In this document: one piece after another, positions 46,804 to 56,496 of the stretch
Position numbering within the stretch: the stretch's first letter is position 1
Layout of the letters: each line of letters begins with the position of its first letter
Source: Armatimonadia bacterium
Lineage (GTDB): Bacteria; Armatimonadota; Zipacnadia; Zipacnadales; UBA11051
NCBI GenBank assembly: GCA_039683575.1
Contig: JBDKRC010000196.1
Coordinates: 23,720-87,719, forward strand
Length of the DNA stretch: 64,000 nucleotides
Direction of reading: 5' to 3'
Program-made: the position numbers and the translations under genes
The notes under the pieces: generated by a model
The model's database searches: none
Told to the model about the DNA's origin: nothing
Seen by the model: the letters and a program-made list of their open reading frames with translations, nothing else

Positions 46804-48090
46804 CTATCCTTCGTACAAACTCGCCCCGCGCTCCTTCAGCCGCGCCCGCAACTCCTTCACGTCAACGCCGCGAATGTCCGTCCCCTTCTGCACGCACATC
46901 CCCGCGGCCACGCCCCCGGCCTCGCCGTTGCACGCCGCAATCGGCATCACCCGGTGCGACGAGTGCGCTGCATGATCCGAACTGATGGGCCGCCCTGCGA
47001 TCAACAGGTTGTCAAACCCCTTGGGGCACAGGCACCGGTACGGAATGTCATATGCTTCCCCGGGCGGGAGCGCCTGGATGACCGTACCCGTCCCGGCCGG
47101 GTTGTGGATATCCACCGGATAACACCCGCGCGCTATCCCGTCCTCAAACTTCCGCGCCTGCAAAACATCATCAACACTCAGCGTATAGTCCCCCACGACC
47201 CGCCGCGACTCCCGGATACCAATCTGCGCCGGCACAACCGACAGGTAAGCCTCCTCAAACCCCGGCACCTCCCGCTTCAGGAACGCCACCATCTGCCGCA
47301 CCTGCTTGCGCGCGGTCTCCTCGGCCAAGGTCAGGTCCTCCGCCTTAGTCGCGTCCAGCTTCACTACCCGAGTGGTATTGAAATGTATCTCGCCCTTGCG
47401 GGTGGTATAGAACCACAGGCAATTCTCGCGCGGGTTCTCAATGTCTCCGCGTTCTTTGGCCGCATAGTAAAGCTCATTGATACCCGGCCGGTCCGGCATC
47501 CGGTCCTCATCCACATTCGCCATCCGGAAGTTCATCGTCATCGGCTGGCAGAACCCATCCTCGGGCCGCCCCATCTCAATCTCCGCCCCTGCCCACGCCG
47601 CCAGATCCGCATCGCCGCTCGCGTCGATGAAGATCTTCGCCCCCAGCGCCTGCACTCCCGTCTTGCTGGCCGTAATCGCCTTCCCCAACCGCTGCCCGTC
47701 TACCACTGCCCCGATCAGCGTGGTATGCAGAAGCCGACGCACACCCGCCTCCGCCACCATCCGGTCCAACGCCAGCTTCGCCAGCTCCGGGTCAAACGCC
47801 GTCGAGGACTGGGGCCGGTGGCTCCACCCGCCCTCGGCCTCAAAGAAGTCAATCATCCGCTGGAAAGTCCCGGCGTTGATCTGTTCGCCGCCGGTATGGT
47901 AGGCCATGAACGGGTTCACGAGCCCCGCGGTCGCCATGCCACCGAGGAACCCATACCGCTCCACAAGCAGCGTATCCGCCCCCTGCTCAGCCGCGGCCAC
48001 TGCCGCGCAAATCCCCGCCGGCCCGCCCCCGATCACAACCACCTCAGCTTCATGAGCCACGGACACATCAGAGAAATCCAACTCGGCCAT
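46804..48090 (-). CDS. FAD-dependent oxidoreductase (PF12831-like)
   Basis: VVVIGGGPAGICAAVAAA, FLGGMATAG, IDASGDADLA, IGIRESRR, YDIPYRCL..NLLIAGR; start ATG 48090. Confidence 0.88.
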   Translation of the reverse strand: MAELDFSDVSVAHEAEVVVIGGGPAGICAAVAAAEQGADTLLVERYGFLGGMATAGLVNPFMAYHTGGEQINAGTFQRMIDFFEAEGGWSHRPQSSTAFDPELAKLALDRMVAEAGVRRLLHTTLIGAVVDGQRLGKAITASKTGVQALGAKIFIDASGDADLAAWAGAEIEMGRPEDGFCQPMTMNFRMANVDEDRMPDRPGINELYYAAKERGDIENPRENCLWFYTTRKGEIHFNTTRVVKLDATKAEDLTLAEETARKQVRQMVAFLKREVPGFEEAYLSVVPAQIGIRESRRVVGDYTLSVDDVLQARKFEDGIARGCYPVDIHNPAGTGTVIQALPPGEAYDIPYRCLCPKGFDNLLIAGRPISSDHAAHSSHRVMPIAACNGEAGGVAAGMCVQKGTDIRGVDVKELRARLKERGASLYEG

Positions 48091-48179
48091 TTCGCACCTC
48101 ATATCTTGTCTGGAGGGGCCGAATGCGCAGCCGTATCGCGCATCCGGCCCTGCCGCCATCACCGAAAACCTCGCTCCGG

Positions 48180-48285
48180 CTGTGGGGCGTAGCGACGTCT
48201 GCGTCGCAGGGGGCTCGTACCCCGCCGCTCCCCTCCGGCTGTGGGGCGTAGCGACGTCTGCGTCGCAGGGGGCTCGTACCCCGCC
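48180..48285 (+). repeat. Tandem pair of long REP family A elements
   Basis: Two copies of CTGTGGGGCGTAGCGACGTCTGCGTCGCAGGGGGCTCGTACCCCGCC, 59 nt apart. Confidence 0.88.
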
Positions 48286-48347
48286 TGCCGTTATCACCGA
48301 CATCCCCACGCCTCCCCCTCCCCGCGTCCCGGAGGTACGCCTATCCT

Positions 48348-49613
48348 CTAGCCTGCCGTCTCAACCCCGGGCGCGGGTGACGGCTTCCGATACATCAGCG
48401 CCAACACAAACCCCAGCGCCAACAACCCCGCCGCCACCACCAGCGCCGACGAATATTCACTCGTTGCCTTCTGTACGCAGTCCATCACCGTCGGCCCCGC
48501 GATCCCCGCGACGCCCCACGCCAGCAGCACCTTCCCGTAGACTTCCCCCATGCACCGCGTGCCGAACGTGTCCGCCGTAAACGCCGGCATCGAGCCAAAC
48601 CCGCCGCCATAGCATAGCAGTATGTAGCTGCAGATCAGCGTGAACCCCGCAAAGCTCGTAACATGCGGCAGCAGCAGGAACAGTGGTATCTGTGTGCCTA
48701 CGATCAGCAGAAAGGTGCGTTGGCGTCCGATCCAGTCCGACACGCACGCCCACACGATCCGTCCCAATCCATTGGCCAACGCCGTCACCAGCAGGATGGT
48801 CCCCACTGGTCCTGGCCCTATGTTCCCTAGCTGCTGCTCCGCAAACGGCGCCAGGTTGCTGATCAGCATCAGCCCCGCCGTCACGTTGATGAACATCAGA
48901 CCCCACAGCAGGTAGAACTGGTACATCCCCAGCACTGCGTGCAGGTCGCAGTCCGCCCCGTCCTCCGTCACCTTCCGGGCCGACTTCGACGACACCGGCG
49001 GTTGCCACCCCTGCGGCGGATTGTCAAGCTTCTGCGTCGCAATCAGCAACCCCACCAGCAGCACCCCGCCTGACAGCAGGAACGTCTTCGCAATGCCCAA
49101 CTCGGGCAGCACCAGCGGCACCAGCTTGCCCATCACCGCCGCCCCCAGCCCAAACCCCATCACTGCCAGGCCTGTGACCATCCCGCGCCGGTCAGGAAAC
49201 CACCGGACCAGCACCGCTATCGGCGTGATATACGCCAGCCCGTTCCCGATGCCGCCCATGACCCCATAGCCGATCCACAGCAGCCACAGACTCCCCGCCC
49301 GGTCGGCCAGCCCCGCGCACAGCGTCCCCAGCCCAAACAGCACCGCCCCCAGCGTCGCCACCTTGCGGCTCCCCGCCTTGTCCACGAGCTTCCCGCCGCA
49401 GGCCGCCGAAATCCCAATGAAGAGGATCACCAGCGTGAACGCCGCCCCCACCTGCGGCCCCGTCCATCCCTGAGCGGCATGCGCCGCGAGCAGCGGCTTC
49501 TTGAACGCGCTCCACGCATAGACCGTGCCCAGCATCATCTGCACGGCCACACCCGCAGCAGCCACCGGCCAACGTTTGGTCAGAACTGGTCCTGGGATAT
49601 TAACAGCAAGCAT
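48348..49613 (-). CDS. MFS transporter, oxalate/formate antiporter (OFA) family
   Basis: GTVYAWSAF, GIGNGLAYITP..RWFPDRRG..GLAVMGFG, NGLGRIVW..SDWIGR, CYGGGFG; about 12 TM. Confidence 0.88.
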   Translation of the reverse strand: MLAVNIPGPVLTKRWPVAAAGVAVQMMLGTVYAWSAFKKPLLAAHAAQGWTGPQVGAAFTLVILFIGISAACGGKLVDKAGSRKVATLGAVLFGLGTLCAGLADRAGSLWLLWIGYGVMGGIGNGLAYITPIAVLVRWFPDRRGMVTGLAVMGFGLGAAVMGKLVPLVLPELGIAKTFLLSGGVLLVGLLIATQKLDNPPQGWQPPVSSKSARKVTEDGADCDLHAVLGMYQFYLLWGLMFINVTAGLMLISNLAPFAEQQLGNIGPGPVGTILLVTALANGLGRIVWACVSDWIGRQRTFLLIVGTQIPLFLLLPHVTSFAGFTLICSYILLCYGGGFGSMPAFTADTFGTRCMGEVYGKVLLAWGVAGIAGPTVMDCVQKATSEYSSALVVAAGLLALGFVLALMYRKPSPAPGVETAG

Positions 49614-49711
49614 ACGCGTCCTTCGCCGCTATGGTAGTAGCTGCGCCGCTGTTCCCCGTTCCCCTCCGACTGTTTTCTGTTCTCCGTTTTCTGTTTTCGC
49701 CGTTTCCTCCC

Positions 49712-50722
49712 CTACCCCAGCCCCAGCACCTGGCGCAACACCGGCTCCAATCCCTCCGCCATCCCCACGAAACCCAGGTCATTCGGATGCGACGCATCCA
49801 CCAACCCATCGCGGTCGTCCGGCCCCAGCAAATCAAACCCCTCGACCAGATGCAGGTTCCCGTCGCCCCGCTCGATCCTCTCCCCTACCACCCGCCGCAC
49901 AACGTCTCGCATCTCCGCATTCTTGCCATTGCCTCCCCAGACCTCGCTCATCGAGAAGATCGGGGTGATGCACACAATCGGCGTCTCAGGATATTTGTTC
50001 CTGATCGTCTGGAGGAACGGATCGTACCGCTCGCAGAACTCATCCAGTGTAGGGCAGTTCTGCGCCCAGTCCATCACAAAGCACGAGGCGTCAATCTCTG
50101 CCACCGCCTGCGCCAGCGCCGGCTCCCCGCGCCCCGCCCCGGAGAACCCCAGGTTCACGAAGTCCACGTTCAGCTTTCGGCCCACTATCGCCTGGTAAGC
50201 CATCCCCGCCCGCGTCGCACACCCGCCCTGTGTGATCGAGGACCCGTAGTACACCACGGGCTTATCCACGGCAAACGGCGCCGCCGGCTCAATCGTCGCT
50301 CCCTCGTCAAACCCCAGCGCCATGAGCTCAATCGGCGCATACAGCCCCAGGTACAGGCAGTACTCCCGCCGCTGCCGGGGCATGTTCTCGAAGAAGGGCT
50401 CGCAGAAGTCCTGGCTCATCGTCGTCGGCATAATCGGCCGCCAGTACTCCCCGTCCACCCAGCAATCCACCCCAACCTGCCCCGTCCTGGGCATGTTGTT
50501 CATGTAGTTCAGCCCCCCAAACCGCGCTCGCAGCCCCAGCGACCCAGTGTCGCTCGCAAACCTCAGCCGCCCGCCGCTCGTGTGCTGCGCCAGCCCCCAT
50601 ACGCTCGCCGGCACTGCGTCCTTCATCCGCGCCGGCAGCCGCCGCAGATACCCCGCATCCTCCCGCCACCAGTAAAGCCCGTTGACTTCGATACGCTCAT
50701 CAGGAAACGGTAGCCAATTCAC
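49712..50722 (-). CDS. SGNH/GDSL hydrolase (GxDLY N-terminus + Lipase_GDSL_3)
   Basis: SGGRLRFASD, YGSSITQG, VNLGFSGAG, DASHPNDLG. Confidence 0.88.
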   Translation of the reverse strand: MNWLPFPDERIEVNGLYWWREDAGYLRRLPARMKDAVPASVWGLAQHTSGGRLRFASDTGSLGLRARFGGLNYMNNMPRTGQVGVDCWVDGEYWRPIMPTTMSQDFCEPFFENMPRQRREYCLYLGLYAPIELMALGFDEGATIEPAAPFAVDKPVVYYGSSITQGGCATRAGMAYQAIVGRKLNVDFVNLGFSGAGRGEPALAQAVAEIDASCFVMDWAQNCPTLDEFCERYDPFLQTIRNKYPETPIVCITPIFSMSEVWGGNGKNAEMRDVVRRVVGERIERGDGNLHLVEGFDLLGPDDRDGLVDASHPNDLGFVGMAEGLEPVLRQVLGLG

Positions 50723-51825
50723 AGTTCGTCCTCCGTAGTAAGCGGATGGGGATATGCATACGGCACATAGTTCGGCAGCGGCTTGGTGAAATAGTCGCGA
50801 TCAAGCTGAATGTGTGCCGCCGACCGGGCCGGGATCACCGGTTCCGCCAACGCCCCATTCAGCGTATTCTCCCAGCACCACATGTTCCCGATCTGCTCTG
50901 GGATCGGATATGGCCTCGTCCAATCCAGCTTCGCGTCAAAGTCCAGCGTCAACGTGATGCCGAGACGGTAGTCACGCATCGTATTGCGGAACACGACGCC
51001 GCCCCCTCCGCGCAGCACCATCGCCGTCGAGCCCCCCACCGGCTTCTCAATCAGATTGTCATAGACCTCGATCCACTGCGTCCCATGCGCCGATCCGTAC
51101 CCCGGCCCATGGCAGTCCACGGCCTGGCTATTGTCATTCCCATGCACATGATTGTGCCGGAAGACATACCGAGCCCCCGCATTCGAGGCCACCGCATGAC
51201 GCGACCCGATGAACTCACAGTCCTCGATGAACACCGAGTCCGCGCTCCCCGGCACCAAATCCTCCCGCCACTGCCCCGTCCCCATCACCACCACGCCATA
51301 GCCCACGTTGTTGATCGTCTTCTTGAAGTTGTTCACAAACAGACAGTGGTCCACCACACCCCGGCACAAGCCCCTCACACCGATCCCCGCCATCCCAAAC
51401 CGCTCGATCCGGCAGCCGGTCACACGAAAGTCGGTCACATTGCTCAGACTGATGCCGGTATCCCACCCATTCGACGCCGGGTCAAGGAATCCCACCAAAT
51501 TGAGCCCCGAAATCCGCACCGGCTTCCCATTCGCCCCATCGGCGGCAATGATCACGCCGCTCTTCATCATATCCGTCCCCGGCCCGCGAAACAGCTTAGT
51601 CTTCTCCGCCCCCGCCCCCACCAGTCGCACTCCTCCCGGCAGCTTCACCGTCCCAATCGCCTCCGCCTCACCAGCCGGCACCCGCACCGTTCCCCCATCC
51701 GCCAAACTGTTCACCGCCGCCTGAATGTCCGCCACCGAGCAACTGGCCGCCGTTACCTCAGCCGCCATCACAGCGCCCCCTGCACAGACCAATATCAATA
51801 TGATTGCGATACGCCATTGCAACAT
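50719..51825 (-). CDS. Exported right-handed beta-helix (pectate-lyase-like) protein
   Basis: Signal peptide; IQAAVNS..GGTVRVPAG..LVGAG, repeated beta-helix turns; start ATG 51825. Confidence 0.72.
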   Translation of the reverse strand: MLQWRIAIILILVCAGGAVMAAEVTAASCSVADIQAAVNSLADGGTVRVPAGEAEAIGTVKLPGGVRLVGAGAEKTKLFRGPGTDMMKSGVIIAADGANGKPVRISGLNLVGFLDPASNGWDTGISLSNVTDFRVTGCRIERFGMAGIGVRGLCRGVVDHCLFVNNFKKTINNVGYGVVVMGTGQWREDLVPGSADSVFIEDCEFIGSRHAVASNAGARYVFRHNHVHGNDNSQAVDCHGPGYGSAHGTQWIEVYDNLIEKPVGGSTAMVLRGGGGVVFRNTMRDYRLGITLTLDFDAKLDWTRPYPIPEQIGNMWCWENTLNGALAEPVIPARSAAHIQLDRDYFTKPLPNYVPYAYPHPLTTEDEL

Positions 51826-51948
51826 CAAAACACCTTCAACGAACCCAGCAGGGCGGGCCCTCGCCCGCCCTACTGGTCTGTACGCTCTCTCACGCCGTTG
51901 TTCCCGACGTTCCCGCCTTTCCTGTTCCCGCCTCACCAGTTCCCGCCG

Positions 51949-52752
51949 TTACTCGATATTCGCCTTCATCCACGCCAGACACTTCCGGTAACCCACGCCG
52001 TCGCCTTCCTTGCCCTCATACTCGGCGATCCACGGGCCGTTGTAACCGGCCTTCTTGGCCTCGGCGACTGCCTTCTTCAGGTTGATCTCGCCCTCGCCCA
52101 GAGCCTGGCCCTTATACTGCTCGCGCCAGCCGAAGCCGTCCTTCATGTGCGTGCTCAGGACGAACGGCGCGATGTCCTCGTAGTACTTGTCGATGTCCAC
52201 GAGGTCGTTGCCATACCAGCGCAGGTTCATGGTATCGAGGTTGGTGCCAATGGTCTTCGGCATGTTGACCGCGCGCAGGGTGTCCAGCATGACCTTCATG
52301 TTGTTGCTGACGATGCCGTGGTTGTCGACAGCCAGCTTCGCGCCCATCGGCTCTGCCCACTCGGCGCAGCGCTTGAGGCATTCGGTCATGGCCTCGGCCC
52401 AGCGGTCCATCGGAACGCTGTCCTTGGGCTGGCCGCCCTCGGTCCGGAGGATCTTGCAGCCGATGATCTCGATGACCTTGGCGAAGCGCTTGGCGCGCGC
52501 CACCTGGTATTCGACATCCTCGGCGGCGAGCACGACGAAGTCATTGTGCAGCGAGACCGTGGCGGCCTCAATGTTGTACTTCTCAAGCAGCTTCGCAACG
52601 CCCTCGGCGACCTTCTCAGGCTTCTCCTCACCCTTCGGCCAGACGTCCGGGCACTGCAACTCGGTGCAGTCAAAGCCGGACTCAGAGGCCCAGGCCAGGA
52701 ACTCTTCCAGATTTGCGCCGGGTGCATTGTAGTGGATCACGCCATACTTCAT
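51949..52752 (-). CDS. Sugar phosphate isomerase/epimerase (AP_endonuc_2 TIM barrel)
   Basis: GFDCTEL, LAVDNHG, NLDTMN, THMKDG, LGEGEIN, GYNGPWIAEYEG. Confidence 0.85.
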   Translation of the reverse strand: MKYGVIHYNAPGANLEEFLAWASESGFDCTELQCPDVWPKGEEKPEKVAEGVAKLLEKYNIEAATVSLHNDFVVLAAEDVEYQVARAKRFAKVIEIIGCKILRTEGGQPKDSVPMDRWAEAMTECLKRCAEWAEPMGAKLAVDNHGIVSNNMKVMLDTLRAVNMPKTIGTNLDTMNLRWYGNDLVDIDKYYEDIAPFVLSTHMKDGFGWREQYKGQALGEGEINLKKAVAEAKKAGYNGPWIAEYEGKEGDGVGYRKCLAWMKANIE

Positions 52753-52920
52753 CTCAAACGGTCCCCTTTCAGGACATCATGGTCAAGTGTGCGGATCTGT
52801 TGGGGCAATCCCACAAGCAAACCGCTGAAGCCCCCCTATTCTCCTCCCCTCCGCATCTACCTTCCTCACCTTCGCAAGTTACCTCTCCGCGTGCGGCCAC
52901 CCCTGCCCACTCTGGCCTAG

Positions 52921-53206
52921 CCGTAGGTGCGCGGACGTCTCGCCCGCTCCGGCCGTCATCCATGACAAGTCTCGCATCCCCCAACCCGCGTAGTGCGGGC
53001 GTCTCGCCCGCTCGGGCCGTCATCCATGACAAGTCTCGCATCCCCAACCCCGCGTAGTGCGGGCGTCTAGCCCGCTCCGGCCGTCATCCATGACACGTCT
53101 CGCATCCCAGACCCCGCGTAGTGCGGGCGTCTCGCCCGCTCGGGCCGTCATCCATGACAAGTCTCGCATCCCCAACCCCGCGTGGTGCGGGCGTCTCGCC
53201 CGCTCG
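52921..53206 (+). repeat. 64-bp tandem array of GTAG REP family B (about 4.5 units)
   Basis: Unit CGCGTAGTGCGGGCGTCTCGCCCGCTC(G/C)GGCCGTCATCCATGACAAGTCTCGCATCCCCAACCC starting at 52987, 53051, 53115, 53179 (partial), plus a degenerate first copy. Confidence 0.92.
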
Positions 53207-53298
53207 CCATGCAGGTAATCCCTCACCCGCACCGAATACCTCTCCAGTTGCACTTCTGAACCTGAACCCTGAATCCTGAACCCTGGAACCTGACCACC

Positions 53299-54147
53299 AT
53301 GAAACCCAGCCTCTGGACCACTATGCTCTGGCCGACCACACCGATTGAAGCCCTCGAGGGCCTCGCCCCCCTCGGCTGGCAGGCCTTCGAACTCTCCTGC
53401 GAGCACCTTGCCATGCTCGAATACGGCGGCGACGACGCTCTCTCCCAATACGTCGCCACCCGCGACCGCCTCGGCGTAGACATCCCGCAGGCCCACAGCA
53501 CCATCACCGCCGACGTCGCTTCTCTCGACCCGAACCGCCGCGCCGCCGACCTCGCCCTGATCCACCGCGACATCGACACTTGCGCTCAGCTTGGCATCAA
53601 GAACATAGTCATCCACCCCGGCGGCTGGTACGACCAGGCCTCGAGTCGGGCTGACATTGACGAGATGGACCGCCTGCGCCTCAAGGCCTTCGCCGAACTC
53701 GCTGCCCACTGCGAGCGCGTCGGCACCCGCATGGCCATCGAAAACATGGCGGACAATGGAGCAGGCTTCTGGGGCGGCCGCCGCTTTGGCAGCATCGTCG
53801 AGGAGATCCTCGGCCTCATCGAGCAGATCGGCTCCCCGGCCCTCGGCGTCTGTCTCGACACCAGCCACGCCAATATTCAGCAACTCAACCAGCCCGCCGC
53901 CGTCCGCACCTGCGGCGACAAGCTCATCGCGCTGCACATCTCCGACAACGACACCAGCGGCGACCAGCACAAGTCCCCGGGCTACGGCAGCGTGGACTTT
54001 CCAGGCATCGTCAAAGCCCTCCGCGAGATCGACTTCCAGTTCAACTTCAACCTGGAGATCCCGGGCGAAACCCGCGGCAGCGCCCGCCCGATAGTGGAAC
54101 TACGAGCCAGGTACGCCTTCGGCGTCTGCAACCACCTTCTCGCCTAG
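53299..54147 (+). CDS. Sugar phosphate isomerase/epimerase (AP_endonuc_2)
   Basis: IVIHPG, MAIENM, VCLDTSH, LHISDNDTSGDQHKSPGYGSVDF, FNLEI. Confidence 0.85.
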   Translation: MKPSLWTTMLWPTTPIEALEGLAPLGWQAFELSCEHLAMLEYGGDDALSQYVATRDRLGVDIPQAHSTITADVASLDPNRRAADLALIHRDIDTCAQLGIKNIVIHPGGWYDQASSRADIDEMDRLRLKAFAELAAHCERVGTRMAIENMADNGAGFWGGRRFGSIVEEILGLIEQIGSPALGVCLDTSHANIQQLNQPAAVRTCGDKLIALHISDNDTSGDQHKSPGYGSVDFPGIVKALREIDFQFNFNLEIPGETRGSARPIVELRARYAFGVCNHLLA

Positions 54148-54166
54148 CGGCGGAGCCAACTCATCC

Positions 54167-54329
54167 GTAGGGGCGGACCGTGGTCCGCCCACCTGTTCGC
54201 GTAGTGCGGGCGTCTCGCCCTCCACGCGTAGTGCGGGCGTCTCACACTCCACGCGTAGTGCGGGCGTCTCGCCCGCTCTGCCTGTAGGGCGTAGCGACGT
54301 CTGCGTCGCGGGGGGCTCGTACCCCGCCG
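54167..54329 (+). repeat. Mixed REP cluster (one GTAG hairpin, three 27-bp family B copies, one family A copy)
   Basis: GTAGGGGCGGACCGTGGTCCGCCC at 54167; CGCGTAGTGCGGGCGTCTC at 54198, 54225, 54252; CTGTAGGGCGTAGCGACG... at 54282. Confidence 0.85.
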
Positions 54330-54545
54330 GGCGCTATCACCGACCAACAATCGCGCCAACCGCTCACTGAACAAACACACCTGTACGAGCGATCACCGAT
54401 CGCGACTGGTCACCGACAACCAATCATCCGCGACACCGGCCGTATGGCGCATATTCGCGGTTACTTCTTCCGCGAACAGGATTTCTGAGGCCCGGTGGCG
54501 AAACATGCTCTGACCTTGAACCATTGCCGAACAAAGAGGATCACG

Positions 54546-54908
54546 ATGAAGGACAAAAGAGTGCTTGTTGTTGATGACGAGATCGCTATCGCCAAGCTGG
54601 TCTCGCTGGTCGTTGCCGAGACTGGAGCCCAGGTGGACACTGCCTCAAATGGCGCCGAAGCCCTCCAGAAGATCGGCAAGAACAGGCCCGACCTCCTCAT
54701 CGTAGACCTCATCATGCCCGTGATGACCGGCGAGGAACTCATCCAGGAGATTCAGGGCAGTCCCGAGACCCAGGATATCAAAATCATCCTGCTCACCACC
54801 CGCCAAAGCGCCCGAGGTTACCGCAAGGACGCCTTCCCGCTGATCTCCAAGCCTTTCGAACCCTCAGCAGTTAAGGATCTCGTCAAGCAGGTGCTCGAGG
54901 TCGAGTAG
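54546..54908 (+). CDS. Single-domain response regulator (receiver)
   Basis: VLVVDDE, PDLLIVDLIMPVMTG, IILLT, KPF. Confidence 0.9.
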   Translation: MKDKRVLVVDDEIAIAKLVSLVVAETGAQVDTASNGAEALQKIGKNRPDLLIVDLIMPVMTGEELIQEIQGSPETQDIKIILLTTRQSARGYRKDAFPLISKPFEPSAVKDLVKQVLEVE

Positions 54909-54984
54909 ACGCCCCGACACCTCATCCTCGTAGGACGGGCGTCTCGCCCGTCATCAACGCCATCTTAGAACCATACATATTACC

Positions 54985-55338
54985 ATGCCCAAAAAAGTCC
55001 TTGTCGTAGAAGACGAACGCAATATTGCCACCCTTCTGGCCAAAATCGTCGAGAGTTGTGGCGTCGAGGTTGAGGTAGCCCACGACGGCCTCGCCGCCCT
55101 CACCAGCCTCCGCAAAGGCAAACCCGACCTCATGCTCCTCGACCTCATCATGCCCATCATGAGCGGCGAGGAAGTCCTCGACGAGGTCCAGTCAGACGAC
55201 GATCTGCGCGACTTGCCGATCATCCTCGTGACCACCCGCAGCGTGGCCCAGGGCGCCGCCGCCAAGTACAAGCTGCTCCAAAAGCCCTTCTCACCAACCG
55301 AAGTCCGCGACGCCGTCAAACAGGCTCTCGACCTGTAG
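54985..55338 (+). CDS. Single-domain response regulator (receiver), paralog of the upstream gene
   Basis: VLVVEDE, PDLMLLDLIMPIMSG, IILVT, KPF. Confidence 0.9.
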   Translation: MPKKVLVVEDERNIATLLAKIVESCGVEVEVAHDGLAALTSLRKGKPDLMLLDLIMPIMSGEEVLDEVQSDDDLRDLPIILVTTRSVAQGAAAKYKLLQKPFSPTEVRDAVKQALDL

Positions 55339-55441
55339 CCCCACCATTTCGTTGTCGCGCCGCTTCTCGATCTCAAGCCCGACCTTCGTGTCGGGCTCCG
55401 AGCGGTCGTAAGCTACGACGCTCGCGAAGGGACACTCGCCC

Positions 55442-56236
55442 ATGAACCTCGACCGCCTCTCCTCCTGCACCTACCCGGTCCGCGAGCGCGCCGTCGCCGA
55501 CGCCCTTCAGGTCATGCTGGACGCCGGAGTACGCAAGGTGGACCTCTGGGGCAACGTCCCCCACTTCTCCATCATGTCAGTCTCCTGCAACCTCGACGAC
55601 CTGCTCGCCACCGCCGAGGGCAAGGGCATGACCATCGCCAACCTCGGCAGCTACCCCGGCCGAGGCTTTGCCAGCCCCAACCCCCTCGTCCGCAAGGCCG
55701 AGGTCGAGGCCCTCAAAACCACCCTCTACGCCGCCAAAGCCCTCGGCGCCCGCAGCATCCGCGTACTCCCCGGCCAGGGCGAAGACCCGGCCATGATTCC
55801 CCAGCTTGCCGAAGGATTTTCGGCCGCCACTGAACTGGCCGCCGAATTGCAGGTCTACATGGGTATGGAGAATCACGCCGGCAGCATCGCCGGCAACCCG
55901 GAAGACGTCAGGCGCCTGTGCGAGGCCGTCGGCTCGCCTTATTTCGGCATCCTGTACGAGCCCGCCAACCTCATGCACGGCGGCGTCGACTACAAGGAAG
56001 CCTTCCACGTCTTCCACCAGCACATCGTCCACATTCACGTGAAAGATGGCGCTACCGACGACAAGGGCTTCCAGCGCACCCATCTCGGCGAGGGTGAGAT
56101 CGACTACCGCTGGGTCATCGCCAGCATGGAAGAGCTCGGCTACACCGGAGACTATGCTCTCGAGTACGAAATCTGCGACCTCGAAGCCATCGAAACCGGC
56201 CTGCCGCGCTGGGTCGAGTACTTCACATCCCTCTAA
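55442..56236 (+). CDS. Sugar phosphate isomerase/epimerase (AP_endonuc_2)
   Basis: MENHAG, LYEPAN, HIHVKDG, LGEGEIDY, GYTGDYALEYE. Confidence 0.85.
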   Translation: MNLDRLSSCTYPVRERAVADALQVMLDAGVRKVDLWGNVPHFSIMSVSCNLDDLLATAEGKGMTIANLGSYPGRGFASPNPLVRKAEVEALKTTLYAAKALGARSIRVLPGQGEDPAMIPQLAEGFSAATELAAELQVYMGMENHAGSIAGNPEDVRRLCEAVGSPYFGILYEPANLMHGGVDYKEAFHVFHQHIVHIHVKDGATDDKGFQRTHLGEGEIDYRWVIASMEELGYTGDYALEYEICDLEAIETGLPRWVEYFTSL

Positions 56237-56243
56237 AAACACA

Positions 56244-56432
56244 GTAGGGCAGGCGGCTCGCCTGCCCCGCTACCCGTGGCAGCTCGGCCCGGTGTCTCAC
56301 GGTGCCGTACAAGCGGCAACCTTGCCGCGTCTCAAAGGCCGTACGAGGGCATCTTTGCCGCGTCTCAAAGGCCGTACGAGCGGCATCCTGCCGCGAGATT
56401 TCGCCAATAGAGCCCGGCTTCCAGCCGGGCGG
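56244..56432 (+). repeat. Cluster of REP-like hairpins and short direct repeats
   Basis: GTAGGGCAGGCGGCTCGCCTGCCC; two copies of TTGCCGCGTCTCAAAGGCCGTACGAG; AGAGCCCGGCTTCCAGCCGGGCG (also at about 62131-62155). Confidence 0.7.
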
Positions 56433-56496
56433 CCAAACGCCAACCAACACCTCCCATCGACTCGGCACTGAAAACGCCTCCGAGGGGTGACCACAA

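Noticed and set aside
46453-48192. 579-aa plus-strand ORF
   Set aside because: Antisense to the FAD oxidoreductase and L,D-transpeptidase genes; low-complexity composition.
50746-52920. 724-aa plus-strand ORF
   Set aside because: Antisense shadow of two well-supported minus-strand genes; Arg/His/Pro-rich with no motifs, as expected in high-GC DNA.
52921-53206. CRISPR array
   Set aside because: The sequences between the palindromes are near-identical rather than unique spacers, and no cas genes are present. It is a tandem REP array.
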